64,000 bases of DNA, from NCBI GenBank assembly GCA_010093815.1, contig ML996567.1. One strand, 5' to 3'. Below are positions 49,511 to 62,805 of the stretch, piece by piece (the first letter of the stretch is position 1; every line of letters starts with the position of its first letter). Made by a program: the position numbers and the translations under genes. Source of the stretch: Pseudovirgaria hyperparasitica. Its lineage: Eukaryota. Under the pieces are notes generated by a model that was given only the letters and a program-made list of their open reading frames with translations, was not told the DNA's origin and did not search any database.

Positions 49511-50854
49511 ATGCCTTCGGCCATCTCAGACTCGTCCACACTGGGTGCCCAGACCGGCATAACGAAGTTCACAAACTGTCTTCTTGTCAGAGACAATCAG
49601 CTTGTCACTGAAGACCTATGGATAAGCACGATCACAGGAAAGATCTTGAAGAGCCAAGAAGTCTTCTACGGAAACCAAGCTGCACCGGATCGTATCATCG
49701 ACCTCGGAGGACGTATCATTGCCCCGGGCTTCATCGACGCACAGCTGAATGGCGCCTTTGGCTTCGATTTCTCGCAAGAGCCGGAGAGCTCGACGGCCTA
49801 TATCAAGGGCCTTCGAAGTCTGAACAGGAATCTGATAAAGACTGGCGTCACATCATATACTCCGACCGTCACGAGTCAGAAGGCTGAGCTGTATAAGGAG
49901 GTGCGTCAACGTGAAGTTGTGCGCATGTGCTTCTCCTAAAGTACTTCACAGGTAGTCCCACATCTGGGGCCTTCTGGCGAATTGAGAGATCCTACTGAAG
50001 GCGCAGAATCCCTTGGTGCCCATCTCGAAGGGCCATTCTTAAACCCCACGAAGAACGGCATCCACAGCGTCTCCGTGCTCCGCGACGCCCCTACCGGCTT
50101 CGCAGACCTAGAAGCCTGCTATGGTGCCACGAACCTCCTCCCTCACAAGTCACCAATCAAATACATCACCATGGCTCCCGAACTGCCCGGCGCCATGTCC
50201 AACATCGCCGAACTCAAAGCCCGTGGAATCAGCGTGTCCATCGGCCACTCCGAAGCAACATACGAAGAAGCCTGCGCGGCCGTGTCTGCCGGCGCCACGA
50301 TGATAACCCATCTCTTCAACGCCATGCGCCCGCTGCACCACCGCAACCCAGGCATCTTCGGCCTGCTCGGAACAGAGTCTCCAAGTCTGCGCAAGCCATT
50401 CTTCGGCGTCATCGCTGACGGCATCCACCTCCACTCCACGTCCGTGAAGATTGCATGGAACGCCCATCCAGACGGCATGATCCTCGTCACGGACGCGATG
50501 AGTCTCGTCGGTCTGCCGGACGGCACTTACGACTGGACGAATGGCTCGCGGATCGTGAAGCGGGGCGCGTTACTGACGCTCGAGGAGAATGAGGATAAGA
50601 TTGCTGGCAGTAGCATCACGCTCGTGGGCTGCGTCAACAACTTCCTGAACTGGACTGGTGCTTCCATTCCCGACGCTATCAAAGCTGTCACGTCAACACC
50701 GGCAAGAATGCTTGGTCTCGAAGGCAAGAAAGGGTCTCTGGAGCCGGGTGCTGATGCAGATCTGGTGGTCTTGACAGAAGACGTGAGTGCCGAAGGATTG
50801 CGCGATCTTCGCGTCGAGCAAGTATGGAAGTTTGGAAATAAAGTTCACGAGTAA
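49511..50854 (+). CDS. DAC1: N-acetylglucosamine-6-phosphate deacetylase, 2 exons
   Basis: IIAPGFIDAQLNGAFG, GVTSYTPT, LGAHLEGPF, TMAPE, SIGHS, THLFNAM, IADGIH, LVTDAM, IAGS, GADADLV. Intron ~49901-49951. Confidence 0.96.
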
Positions 50855-51254
50855 TTTCGAACATTGTTTACTTTCACAAGGGCGTATTGATCACGGATTA
50901 GAGGCGTAAATTGGACCGTGTAATGATAACAAAAGAAACTGGCTGTCAATTATGAGAGACAGCCTAAGTGTTAGACGTACATGACTTCAGAAGGTTTCAA
51001 AGATACCCCATAGATTTATGTTTAACGAAGCGTGTCTGTATTTATCTCCAGTAGAGGAGTTTCCTGTCTCGTGTGCATATCTTGCTCTGTTGTATATATA
51101 TCATTAGCGTGTATCAATACCATATGAATCGACAAAGACTTCTGACGTGAACACGCCACAGCGAGCGCAGCATCACGGCTAGCCAAGGAAAACATGCACA
51201 AGAACGGTACGGCATCATCATTTCCAATTACATAAGACTCACACCGAGTCAATC

Positions 51255-53285
51255 TCATCCGTGTATCGCTTCTGCAGCGGCCCTGCCGACCATACCTGCG
51301 AGCTCACCAAAGAAGACACCTTTCAGAACAGTCTCGCCCTCATTCGCCGCCCACTGACCAGCCTTGGACAGGCGATTCTTCCAGATTTCCTTCTCATGCT
51401 TGCTCAAATCTTCCCACTTCTTCAAGTTCTCGTTTGCTGCGAGCTCTTCCAAGTCATGGTGAATATCGGTATCGACCTTATGAGGCTCGTCTTCGGAGCT
51501 GGTGACCACAATGGCTTTGTCTTCGAGATGCTCGTCAAGGTCCTTCGCTCGGCGATGCGGTAGGAGGTCGCGAAGGCTGTGACGGATTTTAGCAATCGGA
51601 ATATCATCAACACCAGGAATGACCTGCTGCTGCACAGGCTGATTTGATGGATGAAATCTATCACCAGCAGGTCGCAGGTTTGACATGATATCAAGAACTT
51701 GTTGTGGGAATATCCGGATTTCTTGACCGCCCTTCGCGTTGATATACGACTGGAGGAGTAAGAGGCTGACAAGGAAGGCGAAGCCCAGCACGAAAAGACC
51801 GGCTCCTTGTTCTAAGAGGTTGCTAGCACCAGTGTAGAGGACGTATGGTGAGCCATGTTTTTTAGCTTGTAGTGGTATGAGCGAAAAGGTGTCGACCACA
51901 ACAGTATTCCCAAATGAGGTCGATGCCACTCGTAGATACTGCGCGGTTGGTGAAGTCCTCCTATCTGAGTCTGGTGTACTTGAACTAGAGGTCCATGGCG
52001 AGTGAAAGGGTGAGAGCACCACTTTCGTTATTGACGTGGGATGGACGTCGCGGAGGACTGTGAAATTGTGTAAGCTGCTGAATGACTCCTTCTCAGGTCC
52101 TCGGTAGTCTATAGTAAACATGCTGATAGAGATATCATTCCCGGCGACAGCAATGGCTATTTGCCTAGCCCCCTTTTCATCGGGGTTGAGTTCGCTAATA
52201 TCCATGTCAACAGCAGCCTTGACATGTCTTGCGAGCTTCTTCGTGGATACGATTGTACCAGCCGAACGCGTGGAGTAGAGCTTCAGCACACGAAGCTCTA
52301 CACCCGACTGTTTTGGAAGGTTCACCAGCAGGAGTATATGTGAGGGACTAAGCCACCTCAATGAACGAAGCCGAGGCCGAACCTTGCCTTCAAATGTGTC
52401 TGGAGATGGCAGCGAGAAGACCGCCCTGGGAGTCTTTGGCGTTCCAATAGCTTCCTTCTTCTCGAAGTCGTATTTCACCTCCGAAATGAAAACCTCCTGG
52501 TCTGTGCAGTATGCAACGTTGAAGCCACCGTTGTCGCTCTCGAGTATGTCGATATCATTAGCTTCTACACCTTCAACAGGTGTGATGCGCTGGATGACCT
52601 GCCCCTCCGAGGGCTGCGCTACAGTCGCATCAAATATGACAACTTCATGCTCTTGTCCTGCGAGGCCAGAAGCGATTGCACCGATCCGCTTTGTGCTGGT
52701 CGCATTCTTCCTAGGCCGAGAAAGACGGAGTACACGTTGATATGCTTCCGACTTGACTGTATCCTTTTTTGGTGGCGTGAAAAGGCGTGCCTGTCCAAGA
52801 AGCTGTATCTCTCCTTGTATCCTTTCGGTAACCTCTGACTTCTTTTTCGGCAATTTGATCTCGAAGGATCGGAAATGCGTATTTCTAGACGCCTTGAGCT
52901 CTGCATCTGAGGAGTTTATGCCGGCAAACGTAATGATGCTATCCTTCTGAGCGAGATTTGCAAGAGAAGTTACTGAGTCTTCGTCTGTTGAAAGTTCTAT
53001 TTCAGCAGCAGTCGTGATTTCGGAACGTGACGAGACATCAAGGGCAGTCTAGAGGCCGTTAATCGGTGCGAAATCTGGCGTCTTGCGCATGCATACAATT
53101 TTGTTTTTGACGCCGCTTCTTCCTGAATTTCGAGTCAACCTCTACATATGCGCGTATCAAGGAATGTGAATCTCACCAGCTCCACCACCTCCACCAACGA
53201 CTAAATAGTTCCGGTAGGGGTCGAATGCGGCTGCGACAATGGGATAGGAGAGCGTACACTTCGTGAAAGAGACTGGAGGCGCCAT
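51255..53285 (-). CDS. SEC12: Sec12/PREB-like Sar1 GEF (beta-propeller plus single TM), 3 exons
   Basis: MAPPVSF...LSYPIVAAAFDP...LVVGGGGGAG|RSGVKNKI|TALDVS (K-loop), VHPTSITKV, TM segment GLFVLGFAFLVSLLLLQSY. Confidence 0.8.
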
Positions 53286-54227
53286 AGGGAACGGATTGCA
53301 GGTCCTAGGAGGGAATGAAATATTTACAATCTGCAAGGGTCAATAGAATCAGGCGTAACACATAGGTGATAGAGTGCAAGGGCAGCGCGCAACTTGGAAT
53401 CCAGGGAAACGCGAACGTGGTGCGCGCGGTGACGTTGTTACGGCAGACTGCTTGTACCACGCTAGCACTCTTTGTAGCTGCCAGGGTAAGGACTAGATCC
53501 ATCAAACATGCACATATACATTGCTTTAAAGTGCATTCCCCTCATCATTATGACACCTCGCTAAGTTCCTTTTTATGAAGTCGAGACGACACGCTCTCGA
53601 TGGGCCCGACTTGTTACGTGATTGTCCTTGTGCCTTTTGTTTTTCCCCACCAACCGTCCATTAACAAGCGCTGTATCAACCACTACGGAGATCATTCGCT
53701 TCGCTATGGTTCTCTTATATCTATGGACTAAAGCATTGAATATGATGTAAATAAGCTTTTTCAAGCGTGCTGGAATCTCGAGGTGCACTTCTGGCACCCG
53801 AAAAGTGATAAAGCTGTGCGTTTTTCGTTTAGCAATGAGAAGTGATGTGGAATGACCTTGTTCGACAGATCGTTGTTATATATCGAGCTGCTATTGGTCC
53901 CGGAATCTCCAGATCTACCCCAATATACTTTATAATATATGAACGGAGTTGTAGATCTCGTGTCCAGGAGTATGTACGTAGACAAGAAAGTTTCAATCAT
54001 GCGCCCTAGGTGCCGGATAAATTGCAATGAGTGGGGTGTCGAGCACGATCGTGCCATGGCTTAATTAATACCATTTCATCATATGGACAATCAAGCTCAA
54101 GATATTTCGTCAGAAGTTTTCGGATAAACTCGAATGGAGTGTATAAAAGAAAACGCCAATGGCCGTCGTCTTAATGCCATAGTCAACATACTGCAGTTCT
54201 CTTACATTTGCCAGAAGACCTACCACC

Positions 54228-54839
54228 ATGACGTTTACATTGGTGCTTTCAGCTTTGATTTTGGTAAGAGTATCACTCGCCCAGACGTACTCAGCTTCAT
54301 TCACTCAGTACGGATCGACAGACAGCTGGGGCTCCGGTAACTGCAATGTCAATACAGCAGCTTGTGGTTTCTATACAAATGTAAGGGGCTCTTTGAGCGA
54401 TTGCTCTGATTTTGGTTGACGCCCTCAGCCCGGATACTCTGCTGCGGTGTCTGAGAACCTCTACGGCGTCGGTCCAGGAGCTGGAGCGGGTCCAGCATGC
54501 GGTGCTTGCTACAGATTGACAGCACAGAAGGACAGCTCAGGCAACACACTCAGGAATGCGGGCACAAGTATTGTGGTCATGGTGAACAACCTTTGCCCAG
54601 GTATGTAGCACAGCCCGTTGAACCTTGCATATCTGAGACGCGCCTTAGCATCCGGAAATCCGCTTTGCAGTCAGAATGGTCTGTCTGGCCAAAACCAGTA
54701 TGGGGCAAATGTCAACTTTGATCTTTGCATTGACTCCGGAGCAGCCGGAGCACTGTTTGGTGATTCCGGAGTGGGACTGGCAACAGGTTCTGCTGAAGAA
54801 GTGGATTGTTCGCAGTGGTCAGGAACGCAACGGTCGTAG
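54228..54839 (+). CDS. Secreted DPBB protein, GH45 subfamily C / expansin-like endoglucanase, 3 exons
   Basis: Signal peptide, then ASFTQYG, ACG, AAVSENLYGVGPGAGAGPACGACY, IVVMVNNLCP, GNPLC, NQYG, NFDLCIDSG, EVDCSQWSG. Introns ~54381-54428 and 54601-54648. Confidence 0.8.
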
Positions 54840-55728
54840 ATTAAGGGCTCCTCTAAGGTACGACGCCAGGTGGCCAGATTAGCGACTGTGTAGGACTTGC
54901 TCGTACATAGATATACCAGGCAATGTGAAAATAGACTTACATGGAACAAAGAAACGTAGATGTATGTGACGCAGGATTAATGCGCTCACCACATGTGCCG
55001 GTATCGATAAGCCATGTTGACAATTCTAGCGTGCGCTCAGGTTGTGAACCCTGTCACAAATATCGAATCACGATCTCCGATCCACTGTCGCCCGGACAGC
55101 ATCTTTCAGCCTTCTGTCCTAGCCAACCACGCTCAGTGATGGGCTCGTTGTCAGGCCACACAGTGATGCGCTGTCTGGTGAGGTTCTTAGCTGCCATTGC
55201 TGACTGTTGCTATCGAAAAAAGTGATGGAATGGCAAGTTTATTGGATGGCAAAAGACTGCCAAAAATAGGAAACTGTCCATAGCCTAGCCGCCCAAATAG
55301 GCTTAGTGTAGTGTCTCTGCTCCATCTTGGACTGAAAGTGTGTTGGAGGCCGTGAAGCCTTGGCCGCGCCCCCTGTTGCACCAAGCGAGGGCGCCTTGTA
55401 TCCACCACCTTGCTCGTCTTTCTCTTCCGCCTCATCACAGCCATTCGCATCCTCACTCTTCGGCACACCCGCTCGCTCGTTGTTGCCCTTCTCTCTACCT
55501 CATCCTTCTTCTCCTTTACTCGTCACTCGCTTAGCAGGAAAAGGGAAGATTGAAAGACTTGTATACACTCCAAGGGGGGTCCAACAAACCTTTTGCTTTT
55601 GACTCGCCGGACATTTGACCACGACTTCACGATCCCGATCCCGTACGCCCTCGTTGTATCTCGCGACTCCTCCCCCGATATATTCTTCATTCAGTTCAAT
55701 CGCCTTTGCAAAATTCCTCCTATCCACT

Positions 55729-56672
55729 ATGAGGCCTTCTCAGCTCCTGACAACCGTGTTTGCCGCCTCTCTGGCATCCGCATTTTCCTTCGATTCTCTG
55801 AAAGACATAAACGCTGTTGGAGGAATTGAAGATATATTATATCGGCGGCAGGACAACAATGATGAGTCAGGTACGGCATTATACGATACTCCTGCGTATC
55901 GACGCCACTAACAATTTCATAGCCTCAGCGCGAGTGACAGATCCACCGAAGACCACGGGCGGCAAGGAACCATCACGAACAGGAGATAACACAGCTCAGG
56001 AAACTGGGTCAGAACAGACAGGCACCGAAAGAGGCACACGCACCATAACGAGCTCGCCTACCGAGTCCATTGACGTCGATCCACGTCTACCCGCCGGCGG
56101 CATTTCTATGATCACCCCCTCCGCCATCGCCGTGGCATCATACTACAAGATCGGCGACTGGGTCACTTTTGCGTGGAACTACACCTCTCTCGAAGTTACT
56201 CCGACTGCTGTTGACGTCGTCGCCTCATGTACAAAGAACCAGCAGCTATACACACTCGCCGTAAATCAGACATGGGAGGATAGCAACACAGTCTTCTGGG
56301 ATACAGGCGCATACCAGGCCTCGGCAACAGTACCACTTTTGACCGAAACGTACACACTGATTGTCTACGACGCCGACAGCAGTATCAGCGCCACCCCAAA
56401 AGCAGGATATCTTGGGTCGTCAGGCTCATTTACGTTTGGCATGTACGTCAGGCAGCCATACTCGGATCTCGACAGCAGTACGTATTCAACTCCTCATCAT
56501 ATCTTGCCTCTACTGACTCAATACAGACGGTAAATTCAACTGTCCAACATGCAACAGCGGCAGCAGTCTTCTTACCGGTAACGAGAAGCAAACGCTCGGG
56601 TTCCTATTTACCATGGCGACCATAACCGTGCTATCATTTACCTGGTTCGGCAGCGGCTTCGGCCTTTTCTAA
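55729..56672 (+). CDS. Secretory-pathway type I membrane protein similar to yeast Psg1 (Ykl077w), 3 exons
   Basis: Signal peptide, Kex2-like RR site, Thr-rich stretch, DPRLPAGGISMITP, YYKIGDWVTFAWNYTSL, CPTCNS, C-terminal TM LGFLFTMATITVLSFTWF. Confidence 0.8.
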
Positions 56673-57463
56673 GTCCAACACAGCGCTCCACCATTCTTAT
56701 CCTATCGAATAAAAAGGACTTGTCCGGCCGGACTTCACATCATATTTAATCGCAACGCCACCGGGATCGTGTGCGCCTCCATTCATTCACTGTGCATTAT
56801 TAGTTTACGACCACCACTATTGACGCCAACTATACTATTCAGGCTGGAGGGTGCATTCTGCAACAAAGACTATTGGCGTATTTGTGCGATTATAGGGGTC
56901 ATATGGGCCCTTGAGGCGGTGCAATCGGGTGGAATTTGACATTGTGTGAAAGAGGGGAATATGATGTGGTGATAGGGAACAAGATGTACCGACCTGTGGA
57001 AAGGTTATTATACAGTGAGCATGCTACTCGAGTGGAAGAGAATTGATATAATGAAGATTTGACGCTGCGCCATGTGAGCATCACCCTTTCTGTCAGGCCT
57101 TAAATGACACTAGCTCCAACTGTAACGCAGGATGCGCCTGAAATCGTTTTCATAATGCTTCATTTCTTTATGCTTGGTACTAAACTCCTGCTGTGAAGGC
57201 CATGATCCCATGATAAGAATGATATGTATATGACATTAGAGACAGATATGAGAATGGTATGGCTTAATGCCTGCACTAGCCCCGCTTTCTCAGCCCATCC
57301 TTTCATGCATGCGAGCGACAGAATGTATTAAAATGTGTTAAAGAGCTTGAAGCTAGAAGAAACGGTCGAGTGATGGTCGTTCACGGACTTCCAACGTACC
57401 GTACCTGCGGTAAGAAGCATGTGTGTCACTAGCGAGGGTCGAAGATGACGCCGACGACGTCCA

Positions 57464-60400
57464 TCAGGTTGTATGCATGTCGGAAGATGTAGGTGGGACA
57501 GGATGGACTTCAACTATAGATCCAGTGTTCATCGGATGTGGTGAGGTATCGAGACCCCATTTGTTCAGTTCTTCCCCACTGTCCACATAATTTTCTTCTA
57601 TGTCGACAACGTGAACAGCTGGAAGCCCTGTCGTGGACTCATCATCTGAGCCACAATCATCCAATCGGGCTGACTCCGTTAAGGGCCCTAGTATTGTGGG
57701 TGGAGGTGATTTGGGTCGCAGTGGCTTTCCCGCGGCTGTTTTGCTGTCTTTTTGTGATATCGTCCTGAATAGGACATGTGCTGGAGGTGTTGGACTTCGT
57801 GTCTGAAACTTGCTATGGACATCTTTTGAGCGAGAATGCGTTAACATCTCATCATCATCGTCGTCATCACAGGGAGGAGTGTCCCGTTTTGCATTGGTAT
57901 GCTTCGATCCTGATATATATTCAATGGAACTGGCTTCATCCACAGATGAAGTTTCCGAGTCGCTGGCTAGCGCTTTTCGGATCGTATCGCCGAAAGAGTT
58001 CCTAGAATAACAATCATCGTCATCCGGATCCGTAAATGGCATAGCAGGTATCTCCTGTGAGATTGAGACCGGTACCACCGAACCTTGCTTAGAGCTTGGT
58101 TCGACCAACCTCTCTTCGGATAATTTACAATCAGACAACGTCTTGTTCTCTGATGTATGCCGCGTTGATCCTCCAGCGCTGGTTGCCGCATTGGTCTCTA
58201 CAGAATTAATAGGTATGCCAGTGGACTTGCTGGTGAGATCGTCCCTATTGGCTTCTCCATCCCATGGAGTTTTATGAAGATCGTGAGGCATTGATCGACT
58301 TGCCGGCAATATATCCTGTGTCCCACCATACGGATTGACAGGGCGATCACACCGTGGCAGAGCGGGTCCGCCTCCTCTGATACCGAGAACAGTCTGATGC
58401 GCTTCAAACTCCGCAGTGACGGTGATTTCGGAGTCGTCAGATATGGAGTCCAAGCTCTTGTTAGACTTACGGCCATATAGCCGCGCTTCGATTTCACATA
58501 TCATTTCATCCGTAGCCTCTTCGCTCATAGTACCAGATTTAGAAGGACTTCGAGAAAACCAACCTTTGAACCGAGCTGGTAGACTGTGTCTATCACGCCG
58601 CACTTTTGGCTGCACAACGGGCTTCGGACTAGAAAGACCTTTCAAAGCCTTTCTTAGCTTTTGTTTTCGACGGGCTTTCACCAATAAGCGATGAATGAGA
58701 TCTACCTCGGCAAGGTCCTCGACAGTCGTACCGATTCTTGCCATAAGATCGTAGAGCACGGGATCATCAGTGTAGTAGCTTTTGGACTTGGGGGTGTCAT
58801 CCGGGGATCTTGGATCATCTGATGAGCCCTCCTCCTGTGTTCCTGCAAATCCTTCAACAGACGGAGGTTTCGGGCATCGTTGACTTTCTAGGCCAAACCA
58901 AGCAAAGCTCTCCGTAATCCGTGGGTCAATTGAAGATAGATAGAGATCTTTCAGTGATTCAAGATGAGAGATCGACACATGCGATGATGCGTGACTACGC
59001 GATGTGTCGGATTGAAGCTGATGATCCGTCAGACTTTTGCTTCGCATGAGTCTGCGACGATGTTTGGCAGCCGATGAAGACTGTGGACTATCATCGAACA
59101 GTCCAAAATGGTCGCGGGCTTGTTGGATGTACTCCGGAATGAGCCCAGCCTCTCCCCAATTTGAACTTCGCTGGGTGAGTCTCGACGTGCATCTTTCACT
59201 CCGACTTGGCGGAGTGTCTACTACATCTCTACCAGGAACGCAATCAGCTTCAACATGGTAAGATCCATTAGCTTCCTCGTATCGTCTCTCTCTGTCAGCT
59301 CTAGACCGTTCAAACTCATCCTTGGGACCCATGCGAGCGGGCCGCGGAGAAGGCGTACAAAGTCTTGATTGCATCTGAGTCTTCGAGTTTGGAGGGCTAC
59401 ATGAATGGAGAGAATCTTTCGGGTCCGCGTTGGGCTCTGATGGTTCTCTCTTAGCCGTTGGACCCTCTGTCGACTCTATACCATTGAGTTCTTCACGCAG
59501 GCGGTCCAAAGTATCTCCACTCCTTCCAAGGATCCCAATACCACAATCCGGTGGCTTTGAAGCAATGCAGCTACTAGCAATTGGGAAAGGGTTTGCTGAG
59601 ATCGGATAAAGGTCGGTGTAGGCCGGTGGGATCGGATCACTATAAGCTTCATCCATTGCCATTGTGGTCCCTGGCATGGGAGTAGGCATCGGGTCTACTG
59701 CAAATCGCAGAGGTGAACCAGCAAGCGAGATATGCAATGTTTCGGACCTGGATTTGACTGCTGTGGGACTCGGCTCGTTCGCGACTAGGTCATCAAATGG
59801 ACTAGGCTCCTGAGGTATACTTCCAACGATGAAATTTTGAGGAATAACGCGAGAAGGCTTGGGGGTATCGCTTCCCATCGTACATTTCAAAGCTGATGGA
59901 ACGACGATGGGAGAAGAGCGTGGTATATCAGCTGTGATATCGTTCCCTGTTTTCCAGAGAGAACCAAAGTCGCCCCACTCGGACTGGTCAAGAGTGACAG
60001 AGGGCGCAACAGAGGGCGCTATGGGGAAGAAATCCGGCGTTGGAGTGGCATCTGATCGCTCCAAATGTGTATCCATTAGAGTTTCATGGCCTTCAATGTC
60101 ATCGGCGATTTGTACTGGTCTCCTCGAAGAAGGATGCCGTAACGTGTTTGACCAGAGACTGAATCTCGTTGATGACGTCAGGGTTGCAATTGGCAATAGG
60201 CGTCGCTCATCGACTGATGAGATCGTGTTCCTTCTTTCCAAAGTCGTGGGCAAGTCTGGGGTCGATACATTGCGAGTGGGAAATTTGGAGCGTCTAAAGA
60301 CAATTAGCTTGTTGTCACTGGAATGAGACATCTTTTCGAGGCACACATTTGCACGTCAGGGCTGCTCTGAGCCGAGTTGAACAAGCTAAGTAGACTCTTT

Positions 60401-60531
60401 TTGGCCTTGAGGCCTGTTTTGGTGAAGCCATACATGAGTTTCTTTGCAGAAAGCTTCGCGTTGCCCGAGGATGATCCTGGAGATCCATGATTGCTCGGTG
60501 GTGTATTTTCGTCGGTCCGTAGTAGACCCAT
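57464..60531 (-). CDS. Large hypothetical Ser/Pro/Asp-rich, largely disordered protein (about 1000 aa), 2 exons
   Basis: A 960-codon open frame. The upstream ORF at 60531 joins it in frame through a GTGTGC...CTAAT...TAG intron (~60294-60346). No domain recognised. Confidence 0.75.
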
Positions 60532-61267
60532 GGTAGCAGATGATCGGTAGACTACATGGAACAGAGACGTGAAACCCTTACAAAGAAGGACAACAGGTAA
60601 TGATGGCGCTCGTGCCGGAATGTGAGAGCATACGACAGTAGTACAGTGAGCGGATGATAGTGTCCGAGATGTTGATGGAGAAAAGGGAACACGGGAATGA
60701 ATGAAGCAGGGAGAAGGCGATCTACTTTCAGAACTTACCTATGTTTTTAATGGTGATGGCAAGGGCACTCTCCATGTTGTTCAGGCATATCAGACCAGAG
60801 AAGGAGAGGCTATGCACCTGCGCCTGCGGTGCTGCCGTCAGAAGTACTTGTTCTTCACATGTTGTCAAAGTTTGATCTCTAAGTAATTTATATAGCTGGT
60901 TCGAATCCACGGACTGAGGCTGTACGAATGGCTCCAACCAATTGATACATTATCATAAGGGTACTTTGCTGTGTTGTGTCAGCGTGTTGTAGCCTTTGAG
61001 GTTGGAGTCGGAGTCATAGTGTGGGCCTGAGGCTGACTACGCGACTCGCGTAAGGGCCCAAGCTCCGAATTAAATTCATCCTGGCTCTAGCTGGAGCGCG
61101 TTTTCCTAGTACTTACCCAACGGCTCCACTCCAAAGCCCGCAAGCGCTCATTCATCTCTACGATACTCACTGCAGCGCAATAAATCCACGACGGCATATA
61201 GAGCGAAGTCCTACAGCTGACGGTCCGATATTTTGATCCTTAAATACTTCGCCCACTCTCAGCAGCC

Positions 61268-62352
61268 ATGGCTGCCACAAAGGACAAGCTGTCTTTGGAT
61301 GACATGCTCAAAGCAGGTACAATTTGCGGGGTTTCAGCGCTGCATGCATGTCGTACTGACAGGTCACAGACAGGAAAAAGAAGAAGAACGAGGAACTTTT
61401 CAACTCTATCAGGAACAAGGATAGGAGAACAAGTGCGCCCGGAGCTGGTGTGGTAAACTCCAAACGAGGCGGAGCTGGAGCAAGCCTCGCGAGCAGAATA
61501 GGCATTAATAAGGTCCGCAGAGCTTGATCCCGAATACTTTCTCGTCGCAGTAGGCCATACTAATGCTCATGTTCTCTAGCGCTCTAACTCGGTTCAAAAT
61601 CTGAAGACCAGTGCTCGTGGCGGTCGAAGCTCTCAATTGGCACGTACCAACTCTACTTCAAATTTTGAGCGAGGAAACAAACTCTACGCCCAACTGCAAA
61701 GTCAGTCTGGTAGTAACATCGGACAAATCTCAAGTGTTACGAGCCCACTTGGGCACACCGGTGAGATCAGCATAAGAGGACGAGCCAGCCCTCCAGCCTA
61801 CACGGTTGTCGCCAGCAACTTCGCGCCCGGAACGACAGCCAGCGATATCGAGTCCGTGATGTCCCCGTTTGGCGACCTGAAAAGCTGTAGGCTCATCAGT
61901 GCCGTGCCTACCGTGATAGCGGAGCTGGCGTTCAGCGAGCGCTCTGCGGCACAGAACGTGATCGACTACTTCAACAACAAAAAGGTAACCTTCGATCACA
62001 CCTTCTAGTTACTCTCGGACTAATGCTTGTGTAGGCTGATGGTCGACTACTATACGTGTTTCTGAAGGACTCAGTCTCGAATACGCATCCGTCCAAGCCT
62101 CAATCTCGCCCTGAGGTCGTCCGGCCAAATCCTCAAAGGGATGTAATGGATGTAGATATGGAAGACGATCAACGAAACATTCAGGTACGAAGAGCAGACC
62201 CGTCGCTGCAAGATGGGAGATACGGTTTCGGTGACAACAACTACACGGCTAATGGTAGTGGAAGACGAAGGGATCACACCTTTCAAGGATCGGGTTTAAG
62301 GTCTGATGATATGATAGGTCGAGGTCGCGGCTTCAGGAGACGAGGGAACTGA
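61268..62352 (+). CDS. RRM-domain RNA-binding protein with RG-rich C-terminus, 4 exons
   Basis: LSLDDMLKA|DRKKKKNEEL, SLASRIG, ISIRGRA, VVASNFAPGTTASDIESVM, AQNVIDYFNNKK|ADGRLLYV, GRGRGFRRRGN*. Confidence 0.8.
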
Positions 62353-62805
62353 AGCCCTTGACGTTGGAATTGGGGTTACAAGCGATAAGGGACTATGAAT
62401 GCTGGATACCTTGTTCTCCTGCTATGTATCAAGAGATCACTTACCGAGTTCATGATGGAGAAGGTCTGGCACACAGGCTTGGTATTACTCGGTCACCCTT
62501 CGCATGCTGAGCTGGAGTCATCTTGAAGCACTCTTATAATATCTGGACGACATGTTATATCTGGTTGATATGTCTCCTTCTCAGGCTCCCGACCCTTCCG
62601 GTTGTATACATAGAAATCTGAGATGATCAACTTTTGTGTCGCAATTACCGTATAAGTACTAGTCTGATCGGTCGGAGTACCCTTAGCCTCCCACTGACCC
62701 GCAAACGACCAACAGGACCTCCGTGAGAACCAAAGCTAGGTTTCAAGTCCCCTGGGGATAGTTCCCAAAAAGTAACATTGGTGGCAACAGTATCACGATC
62801 AGAGG

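Noticed and set aside
30509..50854. Horizontal transfer of the GlcNAc cluster from bacteria
   Set aside because: All six genes have spliceosomal introns and fungal-type sequences; no flanking repeats or mobile elements were seen.
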